From the NCBI GenBank assembly GCA_038230375.1, contig JBBRNJ010000041.1:11635-75634 (forward strand): a DNA stretch of 64,000 nt. The letters are read 5' to 3'. Positions 1-9,805 of the stretch are shown one piece after another; position 1 is the first letter of the stretch; every line of letters starts with the position of its first letter. Below the pieces are notes generated by a model. That model was not told where the DNA came from. It searched no databases and saw only the letters and a list, made by a program, of their open reading frames with translations. The DNA is from Polyangiales bacterium (GTDB lineage: Bacteria; Myxococcota_A; Polyangia; Polyangiales; Polyangiaceae). The position numbers were made by a program, and so were the translations under genes.

Positions 1-1055
1 ATGCAGAGCCCGAGCGTGATCACGCTGCCCGCACCGAGCGGGCTCCGGCCACGGCTCATGCCGCGGACGACCGCCGGCGCGAACGCGAGAAGGACGGTCG
101 CCACATGGAGCACCGAGAGCATGACGAAGGCGCGAGACTCCACGCGGCCCTCCATGAGGATGCGCGCACGCTGGCTGGGGTCCACGCTCTCGCCGCTGCA
201 CGCGCCGAGCACGACGCGATTGATCGCGATCATGGCCGTGCGGTCCAGGAGCCAGAGAGCGAGCGACGCCGCCACAGCTGCCGCGATCACGGCGCCGAGC
301 ATGCGATTCTGCTCGGCCGCATCGTGCCAGTCACGGAACGCGGGAGCCGCGCGCGCCGTCAGAGGCGCGAGCACTGCGACGATCAGCAGGGATACGAGCG
401 ACAAACCAAATGCGAAGGGTGAGGCGGAGAGCGAACGCGTCACGACCATCACGACCAGGCTCGCGACGAAGCCGACGATGGGCGTGGCCAGCGAGATGAG
501 CCACGCCGAAGAGCCGGGAGCCCCCACGCGCGCGCGGTCCACGCTTGCCGCGATGCCAGCGCAGCCCACCGCCGCGGCGCCCAGCGCGAACGCGCAGATC
601 GCACCGCCGAGCTGGAGCGACGCAAGGGCCTCCTGTGTCCCCTCGAACGCGATGCGCATGCGCACGCTGGGGTCGACGGACTCCCCAGAGAGCACCGCCG
701 CCGTCTGCGACTGCGAGCTCAGCGTGCCGAGGAAGGCCACCAGCGATGGGACCAGAGCCGCGCCGACGATCGCGGCCGGTGGGATACGGCGTCCGCGAAT
801 GCCGAGGCCCGAGAGCACGCCAACGACGATGGACACCACCGGCATCAGCAGCAGGAGGACGTACATCGAAGTGCCGCCCTCCCTGAAGTTCGTCCAGATG
901 CCGGAAGCACTACGGCCGAGCAGGAGGAGCGGGAACAAGAGCCCGCATGCAGCGACGAGCGCCGTCACGACGACGTACGCCGTCATGTTCGCGCGCGGGA
1001 ACGGGAGCCCGCCGTGCGCGCCACCTTCACGATAGGGAACGTTGGGCTGCGTCAT
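1..1055 (-). CDS. Polytopic membrane protein with two MotA/TolQ/ExbB-like motifs (runs off the window start)
   Basis: Hand translation from ATG at 1055: MTQPNVPYREGG...AYVVVTALVAACGLLFPLLLL..., many hydrophobic helices, repeated SGESVDPSVRMRIAFEG and SGESVDPSQRARILMEG. The listed + ORF 1..1035 is its antisense shadow. Confidence 0.75.
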   Translation of the reverse strand, partial: MTQPNVPYREGGAHGGLPFPRANMTAYVVVTALVAACGLLFPLLLLGRSASGIWTNFREGGTSMYVLLLLMPVVSIVVGVLSGLGIRGRRIPPAAIVGAALVPSLVAFLGTLSSQSQTAAVLSGESVDPSVRMRIAFEGTQEALASLQLGGAICAFALGAAAVGCAGIAASVDRARVGAPGSSAWLISLATPIVGFVASLVVMVVTRSLSASPFAFGLSLVSLLIVAVLAPLTARAAPAFRDWHDAAEQNRMLGAVIAAAVAASLALWLLDRTAMIAINRVVLGACSGESVDPSQRARILMEGRVESRAFVMLSVLHVATVLLAFAPAVVRGMSRGRSPLGAGSVITLGLC

Positions 1056-1253
1056 CAGCGCGCAGGCTACTACGGGTCGTGGTCGCGAGCGATGCGTCGA
1101 GCGCTTGCTCGAATAGGCGGGAGCACCATGTCAGCCGAGAGCCGAGAGTCCGCTGGCGGCGAACAACGCCGTGCCCGTTCACTGATCCGGCGAGATGAAG
1201 ACGTCCTGGTCCGGCGGCAGGTTCAACGGACCGCGTGAGACACATGACGTCGT

Positions 1254-1601
1254 TCAGACGGTCGGCCTTGCGAACGGGCGCCCTGAGATCTTCGAAGCGT
1301 ACGTGCCCGAGGTGAAGCGCGACGATCGCCGCCGAAGCCAACGGCGCAGCGCGCTCCTGGGTTCGCACGAGAGGAATTGCAGGAATCGGCCGCACGAACG
1401 CGCGGTCTGGGCCTCGGCAACCTGCGACGTACACGCACTCGCGTGGTCGACGTGCGCGTCCGGCGCCGCCTGCGATTGCGAGGTCGGCAGTGTGGGCGCG
1501 CCCGTGCGCGCATCATTCGACCGCCGGCGTTCGCTCATTCCGCAACTGACGATCAGCGCAAGCCCCGCGCACGACAGCGGCAGCAAGTAGCGGCGAGCCA
1601 T
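1254..1601 (-). CDS. Possible small lipoprotein, perhaps degenerate
   Basis: MARRYLLPLSCAGLALIVSC resembles a lipoprotein signal. The rest is not recognisable, and the frame stays open for about 24 codons after the TGA. Confidence 0.3.
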   Translation of the reverse strand: MARRYLLPLSCAGLALIVSCGMSERRRSNDARTGAPTLPTSQSQAAPDAHVDHASACTSQVAEAQTARSCGRFLQFLSCEPRSALRRWLRRRSSRFTSGTYASKISGRPFARPTV

Positions 1602-1710
1602 GGCGACAATGCTAGCACCGGCCCCGCGCATCGAGCTCGCCTGGCTGGACTTCAATGGTTCTGGCTCGGCCGACGGCTCCGAACGTCTCTCACGTGATAG
1701 CTTCACGCGT

Positions 1711-2358
1711 ATGAAAGCGCGCTCCGCCGTCTTCGTGGCTGCCGTACTTGCGTCCGTCCTCTTCGCGTTCTCGACTGTCAGCGCGGAACCGAAGCAGCCA
1801 TCCGCGCTGGCGCTGCCGAAGGGGTCTCCCACGGCACCGCCGGTAGCGCCCGCCACGCCGCAGTCGAACGATCCCTGCGATCGTGACAGCGATGGCGTTC
1901 GTGCGCTCTCCTGCGGTGGGAGCGATTGCGACGACCACGATCGGTTCACCTATCCTGGAAACCCAGAGCTCTGCGCGGGAACGCTCCCGGACGGTCGCTC
2001 CGCCGCCGATCACGACGAGGACTGCAACCCGTGCACCGTCGCGGGGCTCTCTCCTGATGGCGACGACGATCACGACGGCTTCGTTGCGGGTCGGTGCAGA
2101 AATCACGTCCGGAGCCCGGGCGCCCCGATCGGCTGCGATCTCCGAAACGTGGGATACGACGCGACCAGCGGCTGGGTCCTGGCCAAGGATTGCGACGATA
2201 CGAACATGGCCGTCGTCCCCAACGCGCAGATCTGTGCCGACGCGCACAACGTCCGCATCTGCAGCTCCATGGTCGCGGGCAGCTTCGTTCTTGCTTCGTG
2301 CCCTGCTGGAACGACCTGCCTCGCTCAGCCCAACAGCCTGGGCGTTTGCGGACACTGA
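1711..2358 (+). CDS. Secreted Cys/Asp-rich protein with putative metal-binding repeats (MopE-like DCDD...PG..E.C)
   Basis: Signal peptide MKARSAVFVAAVLASVLFAFSTVSA; motifs DRDSDG, DCDDHDRFTYPGNPELC, DDDHDGF, DCDDTN. Confidence 0.75.
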   Translation: MKARSAVFVAAVLASVLFAFSTVSAEPKQPSALALPKGSPTAPPVAPATPQSNDPCDRDSDGVRALSCGGSDCDDHDRFTYPGNPELCAGTLPDGRSAADHDEDCNPCTVAGLSPDGDDDHDGFVAGRCRNHVRSPGAPIGCDLRNVGYDATSGWVLAKDCDDTNMAVVPNAQICADAHNVRICSSMVAGSFVLASCPAGTTCLAQPNSLGVCGH

Positions 2359-2374
2359 ACGACCTCGACCTGAG

Positions 2375-4054
2375 CTAGGTGTTCTGTCCGAACACCGACA
2401 GCACGTCGCATCCATTGCAGGCGAAGTGGTACTGGTAGCCTGAGCCGTTGTTCACCGTGATCTCGGGCTTGAAGCCGCTCCTCCACATGGTGCCGAGCGC
2501 CGCGACAAACTGCATCTCGGACTGACAGGCCGGGCAGAAGGGCCGCTCGAAGTCCTGGACCCAGTCGGGCTGGCCTCCGATCTGCGTGACGTCCGGCTGC
2601 GGCTCGCGATTCGGGCGCGGCACCACGGCGGCCGCGTGCTCGCGTATGGGGTCGAGCGTGCCGTTCGCCGTTCCGAGCGATGCGATGTTCTTCGGGGTCG
2701 CGGCGACGCCGAGGAGCTCGATGCTGTGCTTCCGGTGATCGACGTGGAAGTCACGCCGCACCATGAAGACGCAGCAGTCGATACACCCGACGAGCGGCAG
2801 AGTGGGCCAGCTGGGGATGCGTGCCGCGAGCTCCAGCACGTCGGGGACGGAGAGGACGAAGAATGCGTGCATGACGTGATGGCACCCTGGGCACGCAGGC
2901 ATCGTGAAGCGCTGACCGCCGAAGACGTGAGGAGACTTCTGCTTCGTGGGCCTGACGATCTGGCCTGGGCTCTTCTCCCAGCCGTCCTTGAGATCGCCTG
3001 CGGGATAGGCCCACGGCTGGCGGACGTTGGCCCAGCTGGCCGTGTCCAGGCCGAAGGCGGACAGGAGTAGTGGAAGGAGTGTGGCATTGTTTGGCCGTTC
3101 GTTCACGTCGAGCTTCACGCACATCTCGAGCGCGCTCTTCGCCTTCTTCGCGTCGCCGAAATGCTTCTCGGCGATGGCGTGGCGCGCCCAGGCCTTGCCG
3201 TCGTGGCAGGTCGAGCTCGTTGGCCTGGGATAGCGAGCGAGCAGCATGGCTCCTTCCTTCTGGTCGACGAGGGCTGTGAGGACCATGCTCTCGACGATCG
3301 CGCCACTGCGCATCCTCGGGAGGATGACGTCGGCCTCCTGCACCATCGCCTTCGTGCCGTCGCGCGCTGCGACATGGCGAAGGTACTCCGCGTTCTCCGG
3401 GTCGAACGGGCCCACGCCGCCGGTGTTCGCGAGGTACGCGCGGTAGATGCGCAGCCCCTCGCTGACGCGTCCCCTCGAGAACGACCAGAGCGCGAACCAG
3501 CGGCGTGCCTGGGGCGTCAGCGACTCGACGGATGCGCGAAGGCGGTGGCCGCGCGCTCGCTCGATGGTCCGCCACACGCGCCACCACGTGCCGCTCTTGC
3601 CGTTGTCGGCGGCCTCCTTCGCATAGGCGGCGGCGAGGGCCGCGAGATCGGTTCCGGCGGCGACGCACTCCTTGCTCGGAAGTGGATGCCTGGCAATGAG
3701 TCGCTGGTGAAGCGGCTTCCGGGACTTCCGTGGCTCGATGCCGTCGAGGCTCACTTCGAACGAGATGCGATGCTCGGCGAGGGCAGCCTTGATGCGACGC
3801 AAGAAGGCCTTGGTCGTGCGATCCGGAGCGTCCTCGATGTCGAGTCGAATCTTCACGCGTTTGCCTTCGGCCTCCGGGTAGCGTCCGGTCAGCTCGCCAT
3901 CCAGGGCAAAGGAGGCATACTCGTTCACGCGCTGCTGGAGCGCGATGAGCTGCGCCTCGCGGCCCGTCCACTTCCGTCGCTGAATGAGGACAAGGACGAA
4001 GACGCCGTTCCTGGTCTTCGTGATGAGGTCGATCTTGTACGTGGCCGCTGCCAT
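2375..4054 (-). CDS. Multidomain protein: DUF6572-like N-terminus, helical/TPR-like middle, DUF1963/YwqG-like Cys-rich C-terminus
   Basis: ATG at 4054 (MAAATYKIDLI...LQQRVNEYASFALDGELTGRYPEAEGKRVKIRL). C-terminus has FGG...CPGC...M and QIGGQPDWVQ...CPAC..EMQFVAAL...YHFACNGC. Confidence 0.7.
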   Translation of the reverse strand: MAAATYKIDLITKTRNGVFVLVLIQRRKWTGREAQLIALQQRVNEYASFALDGELTGRYPEAEGKRVKIRLDIEDAPDRTTKAFLRRIKAALAEHRISFEVSLDGIEPRKSRKPLHQRLIARHPLPSKECVAAGTDLAALAAAYAKEAADNGKSGTWWRVWRTIERARGHRLRASVESLTPQARRWFALWSFSRGRVSEGLRIYRAYLANTGGVGPFDPENAEYLRHVAARDGTKAMVQEADVILPRMRSGAIVESMVLTALVDQKEGAMLLARYPRPTSSTCHDGKAWARHAIAEKHFGDAKKAKSALEMCVKLDVNERPNNATLLPLLLSAFGLDTASWANVRQPWAYPAGDLKDGWEKSPGQIVRPTKQKSPHVFGGQRFTMPACPGCHHVMHAFFVLSVPDVLELAARIPSWPTLPLVGCIDCCVFMVRRDFHVDHRKHSIELLGVAATPKNIASLGTANGTLDPIREHAAAVVPRPNREPQPDVTQIGGQPDWVQDFERPFCPACQSEMQFVAALGTMWRSGFKPEITVNNGSGYQYHFACNGCDVLSVFGQNT

Positions 4055-4077
4055 GCTGGACTCCGAGCCAAGGAAGG

Positions 4078-5037
4078 TCAGGTCAGCTCGGCGGAGCCGA
4101 CCACCCGATTGCGGCCGCCTTCTTTGGCGCGATAGAGGCGCTCGTCGGCGATGCCCAGGAGGCGCTCGGGCGTGGCGTCTGGGCCGCAGCACGCCATCGA
4201 GGCGGCGCCAGCGCTGATGGTGCGCGTGATGACCACGCCTTCCCACTCCACCGGTTTTCGCTCCACCATCGCGCGAAGTCGCTCGGCGATGAACAACGCG
4301 GCATTCAAATCGCTTCCACGCGCAACGACGACGAACTCCTCGCCGCCGTAACGCGCAAGGATGTCCTCCGTGCGAAGCGCGGCCTTCAACGTTGCCGCCG
4401 TAGCCTTGAGCACAGCGTCACCCGCGAGATGACCATGAGTGTCATTCACCAACTTGAAGTGATCGATGTCCAGCATCACCAGGGACAACACCGCCTGGTG
4501 GCGGACGGCGAACGCGACCTCGGCGTTGAGACGGTCGGTCAGGTATTTTCGATTGGCCACGCCGGTGAGCCCGTCGTTGACGCTCGACTCGTACACCTTG
4601 CGAAGCGCTTCTTCCTCGTGCTCGTCGACCATCTGGAACCGTAGCGTGACGGCCGATCCGAGCCGGACCCGATCGCCGTCCACGAGCGTGTGGCGCGAGA
4701 TGCGGGTCTCGTTGACGAACACGCCGTTGCGCGAGCCCGCATCCTCGAGGACGCACGTGCCAGCCTGGCGAAAGACGCGCGCATGGATCCGCGAGAGAAT
4801 CGCCTCGTCGAACGCATGGGTGCACGTTTCGTCGCGCCCCAAGGTGCTGACGAGGTCCTTCAAGCTGCAAACGCGCCCAGCCTCGAGCCCCGCCATCTGG
4901 GTCAGCACTGCACGGTCGCGGACGTGCACCTCCAGCCGCTGCACGGTAGACGCGCTGACCTCCTCGTCGTCGACGAGCGTGACCATGGGAGCGCGCGGAC
5001 GATTCGGGGGAATGCTGGGGGGTAGCTGACCGGCCAC
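4078..5037 (-). CDS. FHA-domain diguanylate cyclase (GGDEF)
   Basis: FHA motifs LGR, SRIHA, DAGSRNGVFVN; GGDEF motifs DGLTGVANR, DIDHFKLVNDTHGHLAGD, RYGGEEF; RxxD I-site RTED. Confidence 0.93.
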   Translation of the reverse strand: MAGQLPPSIPPNRPRAPMVTLVDDEEVSASTVQRLEVHVRDRAVLTQMAGLEAGRVCSLKDLVSTLGRDETCTHAFDEAILSRIHARVFRQAGTCVLEDAGSRNGVFVNETRISRHTLVDGDRVRLGSAVTLRFQMVDEHEEEALRKVYESSVNDGLTGVANRKYLTDRLNAEVAFAVRHQAVLSLVMLDIDHFKLVNDTHGHLAGDAVLKATAATLKAALRTEDILARYGGEEFVVVARGSDLNAALFIAERLRAMVERKPVEWEGVVITRTISAGAASMACCGPDATPERLLGIADERLYRAKEGGRNRVVGSAELT

Positions 5038-5159
5038 GGCTTTGGCTGTAATCTACCTGAGCAATCTGGAGATCCGGCACTGGACTCTCCGATGTTTGGG
5101 TCTGGGCGAGCGAATTCCTGCGAAAGTACGGGCTGAGAGATGCTATCGACTGGGAATCG

Positions 5160-5825
5160 ATGCTGAATTGGACCGCGGTGGAGACCGCACGCGTCGGAAA
5201 CAGTGAGTTCGTGCTTGCGCGCGAGGGCGACGACTGGGTCGTTCGTGTCGACCAGCGCATTCTCATGTCGAACCGGATGCACCAGTCCGAAATCGCGCTA
5301 GCGGAGCACGCGATCGGACTCTTCGACGATCCGCAGCGGGTGTTGGTCGGCGGACTGGGGCTCGGCTACACGCTTCGCAGCGCGCTCGATCTCGTGTCGG
5401 ACGAAGCGCACGTCACGGTCGTCGAGCTCGTCCCCGAGCTTGTCGATTGGAATCGCCGGATCATCCACGCGCTCAACGACAGCCCGCTCGAGGATCCACG
5501 TTGCGAGGTCATTGTCGGCGACGCGTGCGACGTGATCGCGCGCGCGCGCGGCGACTACGACGTCATCATGCTCGACGTGGACAACGGTCCGCAGTCGCTC
5601 TCGCAGGCGAAGAACCAGCGCCTGTACACCGACAACGGCGTGCGCGCCTGCTGGCAAGCGCTCGGACCCGGCGGCGTCCTCGCCGTATGGTCCGCAAACC
5701 CGAACGCCAAGTATGCGCGGCGTCTGGACCGTCTCGGCTTCGTCGTCGACGTCGTCCGCTCACCGGCACGCGCGGGCGGGTACACGTCGCACGTCCTGTT
5801 CCTCGGCCAGAAGCCCGGCCCCTGA
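5160..5825 (+). CDS. Spermidine synthase-like SAM-dependent methyltransferase fold protein
   Basis: VLVGGLGLGYT, VVELVP, DVIMLDVDNGP, GGVLAVWS. Confidence 0.85.
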   Translation: MLNWTAVETARVGNSEFVLAREGDDWVVRVDQRILMSNRMHQSEIALAEHAIGLFDDPQRVLVGGLGLGYTLRSALDLVSDEAHVTVVELVPELVDWNRRIIHALNDSPLEDPRCEVIVGDACDVIARARGDYDVIMLDVDNGPQSLSQAKNQRLYTDNGVRACWQALGPGGVLAVWSANPNAKYARRLDRLGFVVDVVRSPARAGGYTSHVLFLGQKPGP

Positions 5826-5839
5826 GTCACACCATGACG

Positions 5840-6691
5840 TCAGGCGACGGGAACGCTGATGCTTGGGCGGTGATGGAGCACGACCTCGGCTCCTGGTAGC
5901 GCGGCGATGGCGATGGTCGCGGCGGGCTGGAAGGCCATCGGCTCGCTGGGACCACCGACGCGCTCGTAGAACTTCGCGGCCACGCGATCCATCCGCACCT
6001 GCCCGATGTCCTCGAAGACCTTGCGCCACGTGCACCCGTGGCACATCGCTCGCACGAAGAGCTCGGCGCGCTCGAAGTTCAGCGTGTGGCGGACGATCGT
6101 GTGGCGCACCATCACGAGGCCCGCCTCCTTCCACATCTGTGCCATGCGCTCGCGCTCGGCGTTGATGCGGTGCTGACCGAATGACACGTTCGGCTCCAGC
6201 TCGCGGAGGCACTCGACCAGGATCTGGTTCTGGTCCTCGTTGTCGGGGGGCCCCCATGTGATGATGCCGACCTTGCCGCTCGGAGACAGCGCAGAGGCCC
6301 ACGCATGCATGACCTGCGCGCGGTCGTCGAACTGCCATAGACCGAACGCGCAGATGATCTCGTCCCATGGCTTGCCGGTCACGTCGGACGCATCCGCCAC
6401 TTCGCAGGTGACGTGCGTCTCCATGCCCGCGCGCTGCACTTCCCTCTCGCAGATCTTCACCATCTCCGGGCTGGTGTCGGTGGCGCGCACGCGGCCCTTC
6501 GGCCCCACCACGCGAGCGGCGCCAATGACCTCTGAGCCCGGGCCTGCGCTCGTGACGAGGACGGATTCGCCCTCCGCGATCGCGAGCTCGCGGATCAGAT
6601 CCGCGTGGTACGGAACGAAGCGCGGCACCCACTCTTCGAGGTACCCGACGGCAGCAAGATCCCAGGGCGTTCCCACACGCACAGCATACAT
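5840..6691 (-). CDS. Class I SAM-dependent methyltransferase
   Basis: SAGPGSE motif I, VGPKGRVRATDTSPEMV, DEIICAFGL, LSPSGKV. Start codon uncertain. Confidence 0.8.
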   Translation of the reverse strand: MYAVRVGTPWDLAAVGYLEEWVPRFVPYHADLIRELAIAEGESVLVTSAGPGSEVIGAARVVGPKGRVRATDTSPEMVKICEREVQRAGMETHVTCEVADASDVTGKPWDEIICAFGLWQFDDRAQVMHAWASALSPSGKVGIITWGPPDNEDQNQILVECLRELEPNVSFGQHRINAERERMAQMWKEAGLVMVRHTIVRHTLNFERAELFVRAMCHGCTWRKVFEDIGQVRMDRVAAKFYERVGGPSEPMAFQPAATIAIAALPGAEVVLHHRPSISVPVA

Positions 6692-6762
6692 CAACTCCGG
6701 TCCACGAGCCCCTTCACGAGGCCCCTTCACGTGGTTTGGGAACGGGACTAACCTCGCACGCA

Positions 6763-7890
6763 ATGTCCGAATCCACACCCGAAGCCAAGCTCGCCCGCAC
6801 GTCCCTCTACGAGGATCACGTTCGCCTGGGCGGCCGCATGGTGCCGTTCGCTGGCTACGAGATGCCTGTACAATACACGGGAATTGTCGACGAGCACAAG
6901 GCGGTCCGCACAGCGGCCGGCCTGTTCGACGTCTCGCACATGGGTGAGATCGAGATGACCGGCGAATGGGCCGAGTCCGTCGTCGACTACCTGGTCACGG
7001 GCAACGTGAAGGCGCTGCAGGACGGGCAGGCGCTCTACACGTGCGCGTGCAACAAGGAAGGCACCATCCTGGACGATCTCATCGTCTACAAGATCAGCAA
7101 GGAACGCATCCTGATCGTCTGCAATGCGGGAAATCGCGACAAGATCACGAAGGTCTTCAAGAGCGCCGCCGAGAACCACTGCGAGTACAAGGACCACAGC
7201 GACGAGACCGCGCTCATCGCGCTCCAGGGCCCGAAGGCCTTTGACGTGCTCGCGCGCGCTGGCAAGGACGCGGCAGATCTCGTGAACCTCGCGAGCTTCC
7301 ATTTTCGCGACGTGGTGATCGCGAATGTGAAATGCACTGCGGCGCGCACGGGCTACACGGCCGAAGACGGCGTGGAGATCTTCTGCGCGTGGAAGGACGC
7401 GCCGGCGCTCTGGAACCAGCTCCTCGAGCTCGGGAAAGATCTCGGCGTCTTGCCATGCGGTCTTGGCGCGCGCGACACGCTCCGCCTTGAAGGACGCCTC
7501 TCCCTCTACGGCAACGACATCGACGAGACCACGAACCCGCTGGAGGCAGGCCTTGGCTGGATCGTGAAGCTCGACAAGCCGGACTTCGTCGGCAAGGAGG
7601 CGCTCGTCGCGATCAAGGCGAAGGGCCTCACGCGGAAGCTCGTTGGCTTCGAGGTCACCGGCAAGGGCATCGCGCGCCACGGCTACAAGCTGCGCGACCT
7701 CCAGGGCACCGAGGTCGGGCTGTGCACGAGCGGGAGCCCCGGACCCACGGTCGGCAAGAACATCGGCCTTGGCTATCTGCCCACCGCCATGTGTGAGGTC
7801 GGAACCAAGTTCTTCTGCGACTGCCGCGGCAAGAACATCGAAGCAGTCGTCGTCAAAACCCCCTTCTACAAGCGAGCGAAAGCGTCATGA
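6763..7890 (+). CDS. gcvT: Glycine cleavage system aminomethyltransferase T
   Basis: [51 protein letters not shown]. Confidence 0.97.
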   Translation: MSESTPEAKLARTSLYEDHVRLGGRMVPFAGYEMPVQYTGIVDEHKAVRTAAGLFDVSHMGEIEMTGEWAESVVDYLVTGNVKALQDGQALYTCACNKEGTILDDLIVYKISKERILIVCNAGNRDKITKVFKSAAENHCEYKDHSDETALIALQGPKAFDVLARAGKDAADLVNLASFHFRDVVIANVKCTAARTGYTAEDGVEIFCAWKDAPALWNQLLELGKDLGVLPCGLGARDTLRLEGRLSLYGNDIDETTNPLEAGLGWIVKLDKPDFVGKEALVAIKAKGLTRKLVGFEVTGKGIARHGYKLRDLQGTEVGLCTSGSPGPTVGKNIGLGYLPTAMCEVGTKFFCDCRGKNIEAVVVKTPFYKRAKAS

Positions 7891-8294
7891 GCGACAACAG
7901 TGACAAGTCATTCCCCACGGACCTCAAGTACACGAAGGACCACGAGTGGGCGAAGGTCACCGGCTCCGAGATGACCGTGGGCATCACGTCGTTCGCCGTG
8001 GAGCAGCTCGGTGACATCACGCTCGTCAGCTTCGACGTGAAGGTCGGCGACGAGATCAAAGCTGGCAAGACGTTCGGCACCATCGAGAGCGTGAAGACGC
8101 TCTCCGATCTATTCGCGCCGGTGAACGGCAAGGTCGCCGCCCTCAATGCCGACCTGGATTCGAAGCCGGAGCTCGTGAACGAGGACTGCTTCGGCAAGGC
8201 CTGGATGATCAAGATCACGCTCGACGATACGAAGGCCGGCGACGCGCTCCTGGACGCCCCGGCCTATGCCGCGCACGTCAAGGCAGCAGGGTGA
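7887..8294 (+). CDS. gcvH: Glycine cleavage system H protein (lipoyl carrier)
   Basis: YTKDHEW, VGITSFAVEQLGDI, IESVK (lipoyl Lys), PELVNEDCFGKAW; ATGA overlap with gcvT. Confidence 0.97.
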   Translation: MSDNSDKSFPTDLKYTKDHEWAKVTGSEMTVGITSFAVEQLGDITLVSFDVKVGDEIKAGKTFGTIESVKTLSDLFAPVNGKVAALNADLDSKPELVNEDCFGKAWMIKITLDDTKAGDALLDAPAYAAHVKAAG

Positions 8295-9799
8295 CGGACA
8301 CCGGGGGGGCGCCCCCGAAGATCGACGGCTACGACGTCTGGGGCCGCCTGGGAGGGGGTGGCATGAGCGACGTGTGGCTGGCGAAGCACGAGGCGCTCTC
8401 GGTCCCGGTGATCGTGAAGACCATCCGCCAGGACGTGCGAGACGCGATCGGACAGGAGATTGCAGAGGCGCGGCTCCTCGAAGAGGCACGCCTCATGGCG
8501 CGCGTGAGGAACCCACGCGTCGTGCGTGCCACGGATGCGGGGGTCGCTGGTACCACGCCGTACCTCGTGGAGGAGTACGTCGACGGGATCGACCTCGCGG
8601 AGCTCGATCGCAGGCGGCGCGCCGCCATCGGTCTTGGGCTGCCGCTGTGGTTCGTGGCCACCGTGATGCGCGAGACCTGCGACGCGCTCCACTCCGCGCA
8701 CCAGGCCGGCGTCATTCATCGCGACGTGAAGCCGTCGAACGTGTTCGGCTCGTCGGACGGCGTGCGCCTGGGCGATTTCGGCATCGCCGTGATGCGCCAC
8801 GAGGACGCGCGCGAGACCACCAGCGGCACGGTGCGCTTCATGGCGCCCGAGCAGTTCCGCGGCAAGAAGCTCGACCGCCGAACGGACGTCTTCGGCGCCG
8901 GCGCCACCGCGTGCGATCTCCGCTATGGTCGCGTGCCCTTCGACTCCATGGACGAGACGCTCGCGCTCGACGTGCTCCCCAAGCTGCCGCCCCCGCGCAC
9001 GCCCGAGGAGGCGTTCTTCCAGACCACGATCCGCGGCATGCTGGAGAAGGAGCCCAATAGACGCCTCGCAACTTGCGCAGAGGCCGGACGCCGGTTCGGT
9101 AGCCTGGCCAGGATGCTTGCGCCCGCGCCGTTCGGTGCAGAGCTTGTCGATCGCCACACGCTCCGCATCGGACCGTGCACGCTCTTCCTGGAGGTGGGCG
9201 ACCTGGCTTACGCGAAGGTGGATGTGATCATCAACTCGGCGTACGCGAACATGCGCATGCGCTCGGGGGTGGGGGATTCACTGCGCCGCATGGGCGGCGA
9301 CGACATCGAGGAGGACGCGCTCCGCTCTGGCGACCAGCCTCTGGGCTCTGTCGTGCTCGGCAAGTCCGGCACCCTCCGCACGAAGCACGTGCTCCATGCG
9401 GTGAGCGCGTGGAACGGGGTCTCGTGCGTGGGCCGCGCGGTCTCGCGCGCCATGCTCACCGCAGACGAGCTCGGGTGCCGCAGCGTCGCCACCGTGGCCC
9501 TTGGCACTGGTGCGGGAAAAGTCAGCATGGAGATGTGCGCGCACGCGATGATCCGCGCGCTCCGGTGGCGTGCGCTGCTCGGCGGGATGCGAACCCGAGA
9601 GATCTACGTGTACTTCCCGGACGAAGAGAAGCGCCGGATCTTCCAGGAGGTCGCAGAAGAGTCACTGGTGGACCTGGAGACGCAGCCCATTCTTCACGAG
9701 CTTGGGCTGCCCGTGGATGCCCAGGAGGTACGTGGGGAGGGCGCCACCTGCATGGACACCAACAGCCCAACCAGCACTGGACGCGAGACCGAGGACTGA
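8291..9799 (+). CDS. Ser/Thr protein kinase fused to a C-terminal macrodomain
   Basis: LGGGGMSDVW, VIVK, HRDVKPSN, DFG, GTVRFMAPE, DVFG; then LEVGDLAYAKVDVIINSA...VLHAV...SVATVALGTGAG (macro fold). GTGA overlap with gcvH. Confidence 0.9.
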   Translation: MTDTGGAPPKIDGYDVWGRLGGGGMSDVWLAKHEALSVPVIVKTIRQDVRDAIGQEIAEARLLEEARLMARVRNPRVVRATDAGVAGTTPYLVEEYVDGIDLAELDRRRRAAIGLGLPLWFVATVMRETCDALHSAHQAGVIHRDVKPSNVFGSSDGVRLGDFGIAVMRHEDARETTSGTVRFMAPEQFRGKKLDRRTDVFGAGATACDLRYGRVPFDSMDETLALDVLPKLPPPRTPEEAFFQTTIRGMLEKEPNRRLATCAEAGRRFGSLARMLAPAPFGAELVDRHTLRIGPCTLFLEVGDLAYAKVDVIINSAYANMRMRSGVGDSLRRMGGDDIEEDALRSGDQPLGSVVLGKSGTLRTKHVLHAVSAWNGVSCVGRAVSRAMLTADELGCRSVATVALGTGAGKVSMEMCAHAMIRALRWRALLGGMRTREIYVYFPDEEKRRIFQEVAEESLVDLETQPILHELGLPVDAQEVRGEGATCMDTNSPTSTGRETED

Positions 9800-9805
9800 C
9801 CACGG

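Noticed and set aside
1..1035. 344-aa + strand ORF
   Set aside because: Antisense shadow of the minus-strand membrane protein; Ser/Ala/Arg/Thr-rich with no motifs.
2375..4246. 623-aa version of the DUF6572-like ORF
   Set aside because: The first 64 codons overlap the GGDEF gene in another frame; the recognisable domain begins at ATG 4054.
6692..6762. Glycine riboswitch upstream of gcvT
   Set aside because: Only about 70 bp between divergent genes, and no recognisable aptamer.
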